64,000 nt of DNA from the IMG/VR virus record IMGVR_UViG_3300028384_001275, positions 32,001 through 96,000 of that record. One strand, given 5' to 3'. The notes beneath the pieces were generated by a model. The model searched no databases and had not been told where the DNA came from. It was given only the letters and a program-made list of their open reading frames with translations. Made by a program: the position numbers and the translations under genes. Of the stretch, positions 18,890-27,470 are shown piece after piece. The stretch comes from a virus. How positions within the stretch are numbered: the stretch's first letter is position 1; each line of letters opens with the position of its first letter.

Positions 18890-18944
18890 CCAGTCGTTGA
18901 AGTGGCACAGAGGCGCTTGTAGGTGCCTCTCCGTGCCCTATATT
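18886..18944 (+). promoter_or_regulatory. repeated early-type element, copy 5
   Basis: CTAACCAG-N8-GTGGCACA, 29 nt containing the hairpin AGAGGCGC/GTGCCTCT, then TATATT. Confidence 0.6.
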
Positions 18945-18997
18945 AGATACATCGGAGGGGCACAGAAGACCGCCTCTCTTCACTCTCTTTTCTCATC

Positions 18998-19348
18998 ATG
19001 CGTAAGATCGAATCTCAAATGTGTGCCGCAGTCCAGAAAAACATTGACTGGCAATCTGGTAACACTTCTGTTCACTTTGATCCTGAAACTGGCGTCTCTG
19101 TTGTGCGTCTTCATGGCAACAAGATCGCTGAGGTTTCTGATAACGACATGACAATTTTTGATGGTGGTTGGCAGACTACTACCACTAAATCACGTCTGAA
19201 TGCACTTTGCCAAGAATTTTGCATTGCTGGTGAAGGTGTTTTCCAGAAAAACTATCAGTGGTTTGTGCGTAAGTTTGTTGCAGAATCTCCCATCACTGGT
19301 AAAGTTTATAACGTAGAAGATTTTGAGAATGGTTTCATCTTTGCCTGA
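18998..19348 (+). CDS. conserved cyanophage hypothetical protein
   Basis: MRKIE..M..A.....W.SGNT...LHGNKIA...DGGWQT.TTKSRLNAL...FQKN..WF. Confidence 0.75.
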   Translation: MRKIESQMCAAVQKNIDWQSGNTSVHFDPETGVSVVRLHGNKIAEVSDNDMTIFDGGWQTTTTKSRLNALCQEFCIAGEGVFQKNYQWFVRKFVAESPITGKVYNVEDFENGFIFA

Positions 19349-19350
19349 TT

Positions 19351-19539
19351 ATGTTTGCAACACTTTCTAAGAAAAGATCCAAATCTAATCTCATCACAAT
19401 TCACATGAAATTCCTTCTTCTCGTTATCATCGGTGTCCTGATCTACAATAGCAACGACACTCGATTTTTTATCTCAGATCAATTAAACAATGCTGCTGAG
19501 ATTGTCCGCCCCGATCCTAACATTCAAATTCGTTTCTGA
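19351..19539 (+). CDS. small membrane hypothetical protein
   Basis: Hydrophobic stretch MKFLLLVIIGVLIY. Confidence 0.5.
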   Translation: MFATLSKKRSKSNLITIHMKFLLLVIIGVLIYNSNDTRFFISDQLNNAAEIVRPDPNIQIRF

Positions 19540-19574
19540 TCTGCTATAATTACTAACAAAGCTAATTAACAACA

Positions 19575-20207
19575 ATGTCTGACAATCTTTCACCTAATCT
19601 ATCTGATTCAATCACACAGGAAACTTATGCTCTCTTCCCAACTCCTGTCACTAGATATCATCTCCGTAACCACGATGATATAAAGAAACAAATCCTAGAT
19701 TGGATGAAAGAGCAACAAATCCTCCCACAAAATCCTAGACAAGCAATCTGCCATAACGTCGCACAAATTGGTCCTAATAATGCACCAACTAACGACATTC
19801 CTGACTTAACTAAATCCCTCCTCCAAGCAGTTGACTTTCATAATGCTAACGCATCTGCTTACCAATCTAACTTCCAAATCTCAGATTCTTACCTAGAGTT
19901 AGCTAATGAAGGTGCAATCTATGCTCCTCACGAACATTCAAACTGCATCTATTCCCTCACCTATTTCATTAACTTTCAAGACTCAACTCAACACTCTTTC
20001 CTTAAATTTAGAAAAAATGTTGCATCTAATCATTACCCAATCCTTCAATTAGATTCTGATACCCCAACAGCATATAATCTCACAGAAGCAACATTTAACA
20101 TGGAAGAAGGTGATGTTATCATCTATCCATCAAATCTTACTCATGGTTTTGACTCTAACCCACAACAAGATAGAATTACCCTAACCGCTAACATCATCAC
20201 TGCCTAA
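19575..20207 (+). CDS. 2OG-Fe(II) oxygenase (TIGR02466-like, HxH type)
   Basis: LFPTPV, PHEHSN...S..Y, EGD.II.PS.L.HG...N....RITL.AN. Confidence 0.85.
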   Translation: MSDNLSPNLSDSITQETYALFPTPVTRYHLRNHDDIKKQILDWMKEQQILPQNPRQAICHNVAQIGPNNAPTNDIPDLTKSLLQAVDFHNANASAYQSNFQISDSYLELANEGAIYAPHEHSNCIYSLTYFINFQDSTQHSFLKFRKNVASNHYPILQLDSDTPTAYNLTEATFNMEEGDVIIYPSNLTHGFDSNPQQDRITLTANIITA

Positions 20208-20217
20208 ACTAACAACA

Positions 20218-20400
20218 ATGCCCCAAAGACTTCAACTCCTACTTGACCTCTATGATCAACAAACTCTCCCCCCTGATCAACAAATAGAAATGGCACAGTT
20301 TCTAATAGATACGGGACTAAATGAAACCCTCTTACAATATCAACAACTATGCGACTATTTCATCATTGAAGGACTATGTTATGATGTCCAATATACATGA
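20218..20400 (+). CDS. small hypothetical protein
   Basis: 60 aa; shares the CTAA(A/T)(C/T)TAACAACAATG-type leader with the gene at 19575. Confidence 0.55.
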   Translation: MPQRLQLLLDLYDQQTLPPDQQIEMAQFLIDTGLNETLLQYQQLCDYFIIEGLCYDVQYT

Positions 20401-20410
20401 CTAAACTAAC

Positions 20411-20446
20411 AGTTTTCCACAACTATCCGCGTTTCTGTGGAAAACT
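20411..20446. repeat. inverted pair of DnaA-box-like 9-mers
   Basis: AGTTTTCCACA-N14-TGTGGAAAACT, a perfect 11-bp inverted repeat in intergenic DNA. Confidence 0.75.
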
Positions 20447-20571
20447 AAAAAGCATTAAATAAATATAGGTTGGTGTTTTATATGCCCTCCTAAATAGGTC
20501 CACAAATAGTTACCTCGGACTGTAACACATCGACTCTGAGTTTGTCAACTATTCTCGGAGACTAACACAAA

Positions 20572-20613
20572 CTGCCCACAGTGCTTGACAATGCCCACCA
20601 AATCTGCAACAAT
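20572..20613 (+). promoter_or_regulatory. sigma70-type promoter with a degenerate copy of the early element
   Basis: CTGCCCAC, then TTGACA (20585-20590), 17 nt, AACAAT (20608-20613); same 28-nt half-site to -10 distance. Confidence 0.5.
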
Positions 20614-20656
20614 ACATACATCAACTCAAGGAGGAGTTTCTAACATCAACTGACTT

Positions 20657-20845
20657 ATGGGAAGGACTTACAAACGCAACGACCTGCACAATAGCAGACG
20701 ACCCAAATCTATCAGAGAAAAACGACAGTTTAGCTCTGGTAAAAAGAGATCTCTTGATGATGACTTTTCCACAGACTTTTCCACAGGAAAGTATCAACAA
20801 AAGAATCAACGTATTGATGACACTAACTGGCAGGACAATCAATGA
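20657..20845 (+). CDS. small basic hypothetical protein
   Basis: MGRTYKRND...RRPKSIREKR; contains a tandem GACTTTTCCACA repeat. Confidence 0.6.
   Translation: MGRTYKRNDLHNSRRPKSIREKRQFSSGKKRSLDDDFSTDFSTGKYQQKNQRIDDTNWQDNQ
20762..20785 (+). repeat. tandem 12-bp repeat containing two TTTTCCACA boxes
   Basis: GACTTTTCCACA occurs twice in tandem. Confidence 0.8.
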
Positions 20846-20961
20846 ATGACATCCTTAACGAAGATTGGATCGATTCTCTACTACAAGAGGACGAATCCTT
20901 AGACATTGATGACTCTATCCCTACAGAGTTTGATGAAGACCTCCGAGGTGATTGGACATGA
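20842..20961 (+). CDS. very acidic 39-aa peptide (not in ORF track)
   Basis: ATGA overlaps at both ends; MNDILNEDWIDSLLQEDESLDIDDSIPTEFDEDLRGDWT. Confidence 0.55.
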   Translation: MNDILNEDWIDSLLQEDESLDIDDSIPTEFDEDLRGDWT

Positions 20962-21122
20962 AAACTATTCAACTCCCCACACATCCCCCAGTAAATATCA
21001 AGATCTGGGACAAACATAACAAACACTTTTGGCAATACGATTACGACGGTTGTCCTAAGTATGGTCCCTTCAAATCCTCTCAGCAGGCTATCGCTGACGC
21101 AGAGGTATATTCAAGGGGTTGA
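20958..21122 (+). CDS. small hypothetical protein (54 aa; not in ORF track)
   Basis: ATGA overlap; ...GCPKYGPFKSSQQAIADA... Confidence 0.6.
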   Translation: MKTIQLPTHPPVNIKIWDKHNKHFWQYDYDGCPKYGPFKSSQQAIADAEVYSRG

Positions 21123-21413
21123 CAACACTCTGGGGACAGTTATTCTGTCCCTGTTTGTATCATCCGCGAAGCGGGTATATTAAAAACGCCTACTTCCCTA
21201 ACCTACAAAAGTATCTCAGCGACCTCGATATATTAATCAAATGAAATTGCGGGTCCCCCCTACACAAAAAAATTTTCCAGGGTATAATTCCTCCTGGGAG
21301 GTCTCTACAAAGACGACCTTTCGGGAGGAATTCTTATATATTATAGAATGCGCCGTAGAGACCTCTAGGATCGCCTGTAGCGCCCTTCTAAGTAAGTTTA
21401 CGAGGTAATCATC
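21123..21413. other. palindrome-rich non-coding region; candidate replication origin or structured RNA
   Basis: GGGACAG/CTGTCCC, CCGC-GAA-GCGG, AATTCCTCC/GGAGGAATT and GAGGTCTCTAC/GTAGAGACCTC; sits at the skew switch. Confidence 0.55.
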
Positions 21414-21917
21414 ATGACTAAGAGAGATCAAGAGTTTATGTCTTTACAGGAGGAGTATGCAGATCTGTTAGGGCATGTATGGAAGGGGAATAAGATGTAT
21501 GGATGTTATGAGATTATTCGGAAGTATTACAAGTGGAAGTATGATTATGAGATGATTGACTTCAATGGTAGGAGGAAGTTAACGTTATTTACTGAGGATG
21601 CGATTAAGGAGCAAGGAGGTAAGTGGGTATATCGCTCAGAGTGGGGAGATAGTGAGATTGATTTATCAGAGCTACAGCAAGATGATGTCCTAGTGTTTAG
21701 ATTGTATACCACTGCACTGGACGGATCATATAGCGTAAGCAGTAGGCATAATCTTCCAAATCATGGTGGTGTGTATCTAGGCAATGGATTTATGTTGCAT
21801 CATCCATATAAGCATCATTCAATGATTGTTGATTTACAAAATGAAACTAACTCAGTTTATCTAATGTCATGTGTAGGAGCGTTAAGGTCTGGTGAAAACC
21901 TGGACAATGCTACATAA
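21414..21917 (+). CDS. NlpC/P60 family peptidase (tail assembly K-like)
   Basis: GCYEIIR.YY (catalytic Cys), D.L.F, NHGGVYLGNG.MLHH. Confidence 0.8.
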   Translation: MTKRDQEFMSLQEEYADLLGHVWKGNKMYGCYEIIRKYYKWKYDYEMIDFNGRRKLTLFTEDAIKEQGGKWVYRSEWGDSEIDLSELQQDDVLVFRLYTTALDGSYSVSSRHNLPNHGGVYLGNGFMLHHPYKHHSMIVDLQNETNSVYLMSCVGALRSGENLDNAT

Positions 21918-21939
21918 AAGTAATAAGGCGTATAGGGTT

Positions 21940-22107
21940 ATGAGTAAAAGGTATGTACTAGAAGTGCAAGAGGATGAGTATGGTGATGTATTTGTGACAC
22001 TACCTGATGAGTTACTTGAGGAAGCTGGTTGGGATGTTGGTGATGTGTTAGAGTATGAGGAAGATATTGATGGTAGTGTAATACTACATAAAATTATTGA
22101 AGAGTAA
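21940..22107 (+). CDS. AbrB/MazE/SpoVT-like small DNA-binding protein
   Basis: V.LPDELLEEAGW.VGD.LE......G.V.L.K swapped-hairpin pattern. Confidence 0.65.
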   Translation: MSKRYVLEVQEDEYGDVFVTLPDELLEEAGWDVGDVLEYEEDIDGSVILHKIIEE

Positions 22108-22137
22108 AAAAATCGCGAAAAACCGCGTTTTAAGATT

Positions 22138-22392
22138 ATGAGTGAAAAAAATCCGATCCTGCAATTTGAAAGCGACGAAGAATATTTGAAGTGGGCGCTA
22201 GAGACGTTATCTAAGGCGGTGGAAAATTTATCTCGACGGCAAGCAATTATTGAGCAAGCGATTCAGAAGATGCCACCACCTGGTCCTGATATGATTCAAT
22301 ATAAGATTCCAGGTGATGATGACTATAGTAATATCAAAGTCATTTTAGATAATGTGTTTAAGCGTCTAAATAAATTGGAAACAGAATCTTAA
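22138..22392 (+). CDS. hypothetical protein
   Basis: 84 aa, helical. Confidence 0.6.
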   Translation: MSEKNPILQFESDEEYLKWALETLSKAVENLSRRQAIIEQAIQKMPPPGPDMIQYKIPGDDDYSNIKVILDNVFKRLNKLETES

Positions 22393-22398
22393 TACATA

Positions 22399-25300
22399 AT
22401 GGTTGCTTTTTTGCAGGAGACAGGTAGAAGTTTTCCGAATCCGATCAGCTCGGAGCAATACACTCGTCCATTTAAGCGACCATCATCAAGTAAGTATGAG
22501 TCTCATGATAAGTATCCCAATATTGGGACAGGGACTGATTACTATATTCAATTTGAGAAAGGTGGTCCTGGGTCTAAACCCCTAGGATCTGATACTGTAC
22601 ATTATTTGGGTGATACTCCTAAGATTGATGTGCGGTTTGATTCTAGTGGTAATATTGTAGTTGCGGGTGGCACATGTGATTTAGGACTCACACTACAATG
22701 GGATGATAATACAGGGACTGCTGGCACAACAGGTGCAGACGTATCAGCATCAATTAATGGATCAACAATTAGTGTATCACATGGTAGTGGTGAAAAAGGA
22801 AGTGATAGATCTAATTTAGTTTCTAACGTCGGACCTGGCACATACTCAACCAGTATTAGTAGTAATTACGGTAGGAGTATACGGGACGATCAGATTTGTT
22901 TTTATGATGATGATGGTAATGATTGTAATGCCACATTATCAATACGGGTGCAGAATCAAGAGCCAACACCAAATGCTCTTAGTTATGCAACCCATCCTAA
23001 TTTTGAGCGGCAAGCAATTTATCGTTTCTTCCGTGGTGCAAAGAATGATCACAAGTATAGTGATCTTGCTGGCATGTCTCGCGAAGACTTTGGTTGTGAG
23101 AATGAAGATTGGAGTGGAGTTGCGCGAGGGTATAACAAAGAGCCGCGTGATGGCAGACCTTCATTCTACCTGATGAATAAAGAGGTAACAGGCAGTAGTC
23201 CAATCAAACTATATTATTCATATTGGCCAGATAACACAGTATTACACTTTGGTAGCGGAAACCCATCGGGCATTACAGTTGGATGTGGTAGAAACAAATA
23301 CAAATATGTAAAGACCATTGGATATGGTTTTGCAACAGAATCTGCTGCGGGTGATTTCAAGGGATCTGCAGAGAATGCAGTGCCTTTATATCATTATCGC
23401 AAAGGTGTATATCAAAATGGACAGCAGGGAAAAGATATCGATGATTTATATACGATCGATCCCGCAAGTGAAGTTAACCTGAGTGGCGGTCCTATTGCTC
23501 CTAAGGATGCCCTGAGCGGAGAATATGTGTATCAGGGTATCTTGTGTTATATTTTTGCGTCAGATGTTGTAGATGCACCTACGATCGAATATGTTGAGGG
23601 CACTGCAATCGGACCCACAGGTCAATGTGTAGATAAAACTGACTGGTATGACTATGGAATTGAAGGTAGCGGATATGGCGATGATGAATATCGCAGATTT
23701 GATCCAGCCTCATATGCAAACTATGTGGCTGAGAGTGAGAATAGTAAAGGATATGCACCAACCACTCCTGGCACTGCGCTCTGGAATAGTGATAATGTAA
23801 CTATTCAAAATGAAGATGCACACTTCGAGTGGTTTTACGGATTGAATGGCGCAGTCAAAGCAGCACTTCCTCGTTATCTTGGATTTGAGGATGCATACGA
23901 TTCTCAGTTTATGTTTTATCTGTATGACACATCATACCCATGGAATGGTCCGATCTATGGAATCCAATATACATTGAATGATGTGCCATGTTGTCCCAAT
24001 ACAACTATTCCTGGACAAGGAGAAGATGATGATGAGCCTGGATGTGTTCCTCATGAATCATACCATTCACATTTTTATGAAATCAAACGAGACGCTTGGG
24101 AAACAACCAAGACACGTCTAAAGATCAATGATGGTAAAGAAGATGTCAATGCAAACTTTACTGAAATTGATACACTAAGTCCAAGAATTTTATTTCGTTA
24201 TACAAGTAGAGATGGTGATTGGAATCGTGGTGATACTATTAATGGATGGTTTGTTAACGCAGTTTTCTATTATGGAGATGAGTTGAAAGTTGGTGTTATG
24301 CACCTTAGTGGCAATGGTAATGATTTCACTTATAACTCGGCATATACATCTACAGACGGTGGTGCTATTCGCGTATTGGCAGGATATGGTATTCCTAACA
24401 AAGCTGCATTTGCTGGCGTCTATGAATTTCCAAAGAAGATTTCATATTGGAAGGTTGAGATTTCACCCAATGCATTGATTCCGAATCGCACACTTGATGA
24501 AGCGGTACTAAAAGCATATGTTAATAAGAAGGGTGAAGTCAGTGAAATTGAAATTATCAATTCTGGTAGAGGATATGAAAACCCTCTGATTAAAGTTATC
24601 AACCCAGGTCTACTGGAAGATTTTAATGCTAACGATACTGCAAAAATTATCAAAGCAAAAGTTGGCATGAATGCCGACTTTGAAAAAGCTATTGAAAATC
24701 CAAATGTCACTTTTTCATCAAGAGATATTGGAAAAGATAGTCATGAGGTATTTGGTATCAAGACAGGACAGTTTAGACCAAAGAATAAAAACAAAAGTCC
24801 TTATGTTTCTAAGGAAGCAGTCATTGAAGTAACTAAACTTACAGATGAGGGTGGTATTGATAGTGTCCGCATTATTGATGGTGGATCAGGATATAGTAGT
24901 GATGAAATTCCTGATGTGTTGGTAGCAGATCCTGAGTATATCAAATATGATTCACCTCCCCAACCAGGCAAACAAAAAAATAGATTTAATAAGTCTCTAG
25001 AATCTATGGGTGCTCATATGGCAGCATCATGGTCTGAAGTGCAAAACTTGAATTCACTTGCAACATCAAACAAATCGGGTAAGACTAACAAAAAAGAAAG
25101 TGGTCTATTAGATACCAGCACTGAATATACTCAGTCTTCTGTAAACTTTATCAGAGATGGTATTAGTGTAGAGATACCAGATTCTTACATTAGAGTGCCT
25201 CAAGAAGAGATTAGTGAAGACGAATTGCACATGTGCTTTGACTTGCCTGCAACATGTATTAAAGTTGATGCAAGAACAAACCTTAGTAAGGCATTACCCA

Positions 25301-26613
25301 AACAGGATCAATTTTCAGAAGTTAGTAAATTTAGCACTGGAATTTCAGAATTTGAAAAAGAAGCCATGCCCTATGTTGCTAGGGCAGGAGACTCGGTAGA
25401 TGCACATGGTGAAAATATGTCACACCTCTATGCGCCCTTCGGAAAAGATCGGTGTATTAAGATGGGACAACCTAAGCTTTATAATATTCAAAGATGGTTT
25501 GAGATGCCTTGTCCCTATTTGGCACAGAAGCAAGGGGGAGATGAAAACCTCGGTGAAGGTGTATCAAAGAAGAAAAGGAAGAATAGAAAATATGGAAATA
25601 AGCAAAGAGCATATGGATATCTTCCATATCAATATTGTGCATCTAAGGAAGAGAGTGCATCCTTCACAGTATCCATGGAATTTGAAGGTCGGACTATTGG
25701 ATCTCAGGGCGAAGCATTTATGAATTATCTAAACAGAATGCCCAAACCAAAACTTGCTCCTGTAAGAAAAGTTACTAATGGTAAGAAAACATGGAATTGT
25801 AATGATGGTGATGTTGAGGGTAGATGCTATCACAATGATGACGGTGATGTTGTATTTGTTGCTATCGGGGGAGATGAAAATACCTATGACTATAACAGCA
25901 TCGATGGGTATAGTGAGTATGATCAATTTCAAACTTGGTTACAAGACAACCTAACATCACAGCTAACTCCCACAAGTGCTTATTGGACATTTACAACCAC
26001 AACCACTACTCCTGGATCAGGTGTAGAAGGAGATCCAGATTATGTCCCCCCTGTTACTACCACTACTACCGACAATGAAGATGGTGTAGACTTTAATTAC
26101 CCATATACAGCGTTTAGTGTAGATTGCTCTACACCATATCCAGCGCATGAGTGTTGGGATACTTATGCTGGATCTAATGGACCCCTAAATGTCTATTGCG
26201 GATACGATAGAAATGGCACGGGCATACCTGGAAAACGGTGGTGGGAAATTACAGCATTTAATAGGACAAATCCATTTTGTACATCTTGCCCTCCTGTAGT
26301 TTATGGATCTGCATATGCATTCTTCAATATGAATCAGGGGTCAGGAGCTAGTGTCGGATTGACATATGTGAATGATGCATCTATTGCAATCAATCCACAA
26401 AGAATGACAGAAGATGATGAGTTAAATAATAAGAAAAGAATGGTGCTTGGTCCTTACGACGGAAAGGTTACTATTCGCAACTGGTTGACTGGTGGCACTA
26501 TTGCTCTAGGTAGATCCATTAACAATTTTGGCAATCCATTCTTTGATGAATGCTCTCAGCCAGATGAGGGTAGTGCATGGACAGATGGTCAAACAATTAA
26601 TGAGGAGTTTTAA
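22399..26613 (+). CDS. large virion structural protein (tail/baseplate associated)
   Basis: 1404 aa; CTAAATA at 22366-22372; I.I.N.G.GY repeats shared with the baseplate proteins; lies upstream of the PAAR and gp25 genes. Confidence 0.65.
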   Translation: MVAFLQETGRSFPNPISSEQYTRPFKRPSSSKYESHDKYPNIGTGTDYYIQFEKGGPGSKPLGSDTVHYLGDTPKIDVRFDSSGNIVVAGGTCDLGLTLQWDDNTGTAGTTGADVSASINGSTISVSHGSGEKGSDRSNLVSNVGPGTYSTSISSNYGRSIRDDQICFYDDDGNDCNATLSIRVQNQEPTPNALSYATHPNFERQAIYRFFRGAKNDHKYSDLAGMSREDFGCENEDWSGVARGYNKEPRDGRPSFYLMNKEVTGSSPIKLYYSYWPDNTVLHFGSGNPSGITVGCGRNKYKYVKTIGYGFATESAAGDFKGSAENAVPLYHYRKGVYQNGQQGKDIDDLYTIDPASEVNLSGGPIAPKDALSGEYVYQGILCYIFASDVVDAPTIEYVEGTAIGPTGQCVDKTDWYDYGIEGSGYGDDEYRRFDPASYANYVAESENSKGYAPTTPGTALWNSDNVTIQNEDAHFEWFYGLNGAVKAALPRYLGFEDAYDSQFMFYLYDTSYPWNGPIYGIQYTLNDVPCCPNTTIPGQGEDDDEPGCVPHESYHSHFYEIKRDAWETTKTRLKINDGKEDVNANFTEIDTLSPRILFRYTSRDGDWNRGDTINGWFVNAVFYYGDELKVGVMHLSGNGNDFTYNSAYTSTDGGAIRVLAGYGIPNKAAFAGVYEFPKKISYWKVEISPNALIPNRTLDEAVLKAYVNKKGEVSEIEIINSGRGYENPLIKVINPGLLEDFNANDTAKIIKAKVGMNADFEKAIENPNVTFSSRDIGKDSHEVFGIKTGQFRPKNKNKSPYVSKEAVIEVTKLTDEGGIDSVRIIDGGSGYSSDEIPDVLVADPEYIKYDSPPQPGKQKNRFNKSLESMGAHMAASWSEVQNLNSLATSNKSGKTNKKESGLLDTSTEYTQSSVNFIRDGISVEIPDSYIRVPQEEISEDELHMCFDLPATCIKVDARTNLSKALPKQDQFSEVSKFSTGISEFEKEAMPYVARAGDSVDAHGENMSHLYAPFGKDRCIKMGQPKLYNIQRWFEMPCPYLAQKQGGDENLGEGVSKKKRKNRKYGNKQRAYGYLPYQYCASKEESASFTVSMEFEGRTIGSQGEAFMNYLNRMPKPKLAPVRKVTNGKKTWNCNDGDVEGRCYHNDDGDVVFVAIGGDENTYDYNSIDGYSEYDQFQTWLQDNLTSQLTPTSAYWTFTTTTTTPGSGVEGDPDYVPPVTTTTTDNEDGVDFNYPYTAFSVDCSTPYPAHECWDTYAGSNGPLNVYCGYDRNGTGIPGKRWWEITAFNRTNPFCTSCPPVVYGSAYAFFNMNQGSGASVGLTYVNDASIAINPQRMTEDDELNNKKRMVLGPYDGKVTIRNWLTGGTIALGRSINNFGNPFFDECSQPDEGSAWTDGQTINEEF

Positions 26614-26615
26614 TC

Positions 26616-27146
26616 ATGGCATTTGGATTTCTTAAACCAGTATCATCTTTGAATGGATTGCCTTGCTCAGGGCATGGACTGTGCCTACCCTCTACTATCC
26701 ACTCAGTGCAGGCATGTGGCACTCCTGCAATTCCATATCCAATATTGATTAAAAATTTCACATGTTGGTGGCCACCTCTCCCAATGGTGCCAACATTTCC
26801 TGTAACTCCTGAGCGAGCCACAGTTCTTGTGAATCGAGTGCCAGTTAGTGTAATGGGAGATACGTTTTCTTTGCACCCATCTACTTGCACAAATATTGTT
26901 GTCCATATATGTCCATGTGGCAAATCAATGTGTGCTATACCATCGCCAGTCCCCTGCAGTGCCTTAACGATTGAAGATGGTGGTGTTGGGCATGTGAGAG
27001 TTGTAGTTGCAACTAGCTTAACAGTTTTTGCATTCAAACGACCCATTGCTAGGATGCTAGACCCTCTTGGTGTTGGATTTCCTGGATTTTCACTGCCTTG
27101 CTCATCTACAGTTGCGTTTGGGCACCCGACTGTGCTATCATCATAG
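26616..27146 (+). CDS. PAAR-like spike-tip protein (T4 gp5.4-like)
   Basis: C.GHG...PP...TVLVN..PV...GD....H...H.....S.TVF....PIAR..D...C...VA.G..TVL. Confidence 0.7.
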   Translation: MAFGFLKPVSSLNGLPCSGHGLCLPSTIHSVQACGTPAIPYPILIKNFTCWWPPLPMVPTFPVTPERATVLVNRVPVSVMGDTFSLHPSTCTNIVVHICPCGKSMCAIPSPVPCSALTIEDGGVGHVRVVVATSLTVFAFKRPIARMLDPLGVGFPGFSLPCSSTVAFGHPTVLSS

Positions 27147-27163
27147 GGTCCTAAAGGAGCAAA

Positions 27164-27313
27164 ATGGCAGCAAAATCACGAGTAGGTCTCTCAGGAGGCA
27201 ACTTTATTGGTGGAAAACCGAAGACAACCCGACAAGGGTCATCTAAGAACACTAAATATTCAGCAACTTCCTCAAATGCAAAGAAAAAGCGGTATCGTGG
27301 ACAAGGACGCTAA
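27164..27313 (+). CDS. small basic protein (49 aa; not in ORF track)
   Basis: AAGGAG RBS; PK.TRQG...NTKYSATS.N..KKRYRGQGR. Confidence 0.7.
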   Translation: MAAKSRVGLSGGNFIGGKPKTTRQGSSKNTKYSATSSNAKKKRYRGQGR

Positions 27314-27470
27314 GGTAAAAACCACACCACAGTTGGTTAATGAGTCCAATTTGGCACTCTACCGTGTCTCTATGAATGTCCCGCAAGCAGCAAAGCATTG
27401 TGGAATGACTCTTAGAGAAATGAAAATGACATTTAGGGAGTTTCTAAAAACAAATCCTCCTGAAATGTAA
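27276..27470 (+). CDS. small HTH-like hypothetical protein
   Basis: CTAAATA at 27252-27258; MN.PQAAKHCGMT.REMKMTFREF. Confidence 0.6.
   Translation: MQRKSGIVDKDAKVKTTPQLVNESNLALYRVSMNVPQAAKHCGMTLREMKMTFREFLKTNPPEM

Noticed and set aside
14907-18950. CRISPR array interpretation of the repeated element
   Set aside because: Copies are 0.8-1.3 kb apart, separated by genes, and degenerate; no cas genes are present.
21237-21431. 64-aa minus-strand ORF across the palindromic gap
   Set aside because: Opposite to all neighbours, overlaps the NlpC/P60 start, no motif; better explained as non-coding structure.
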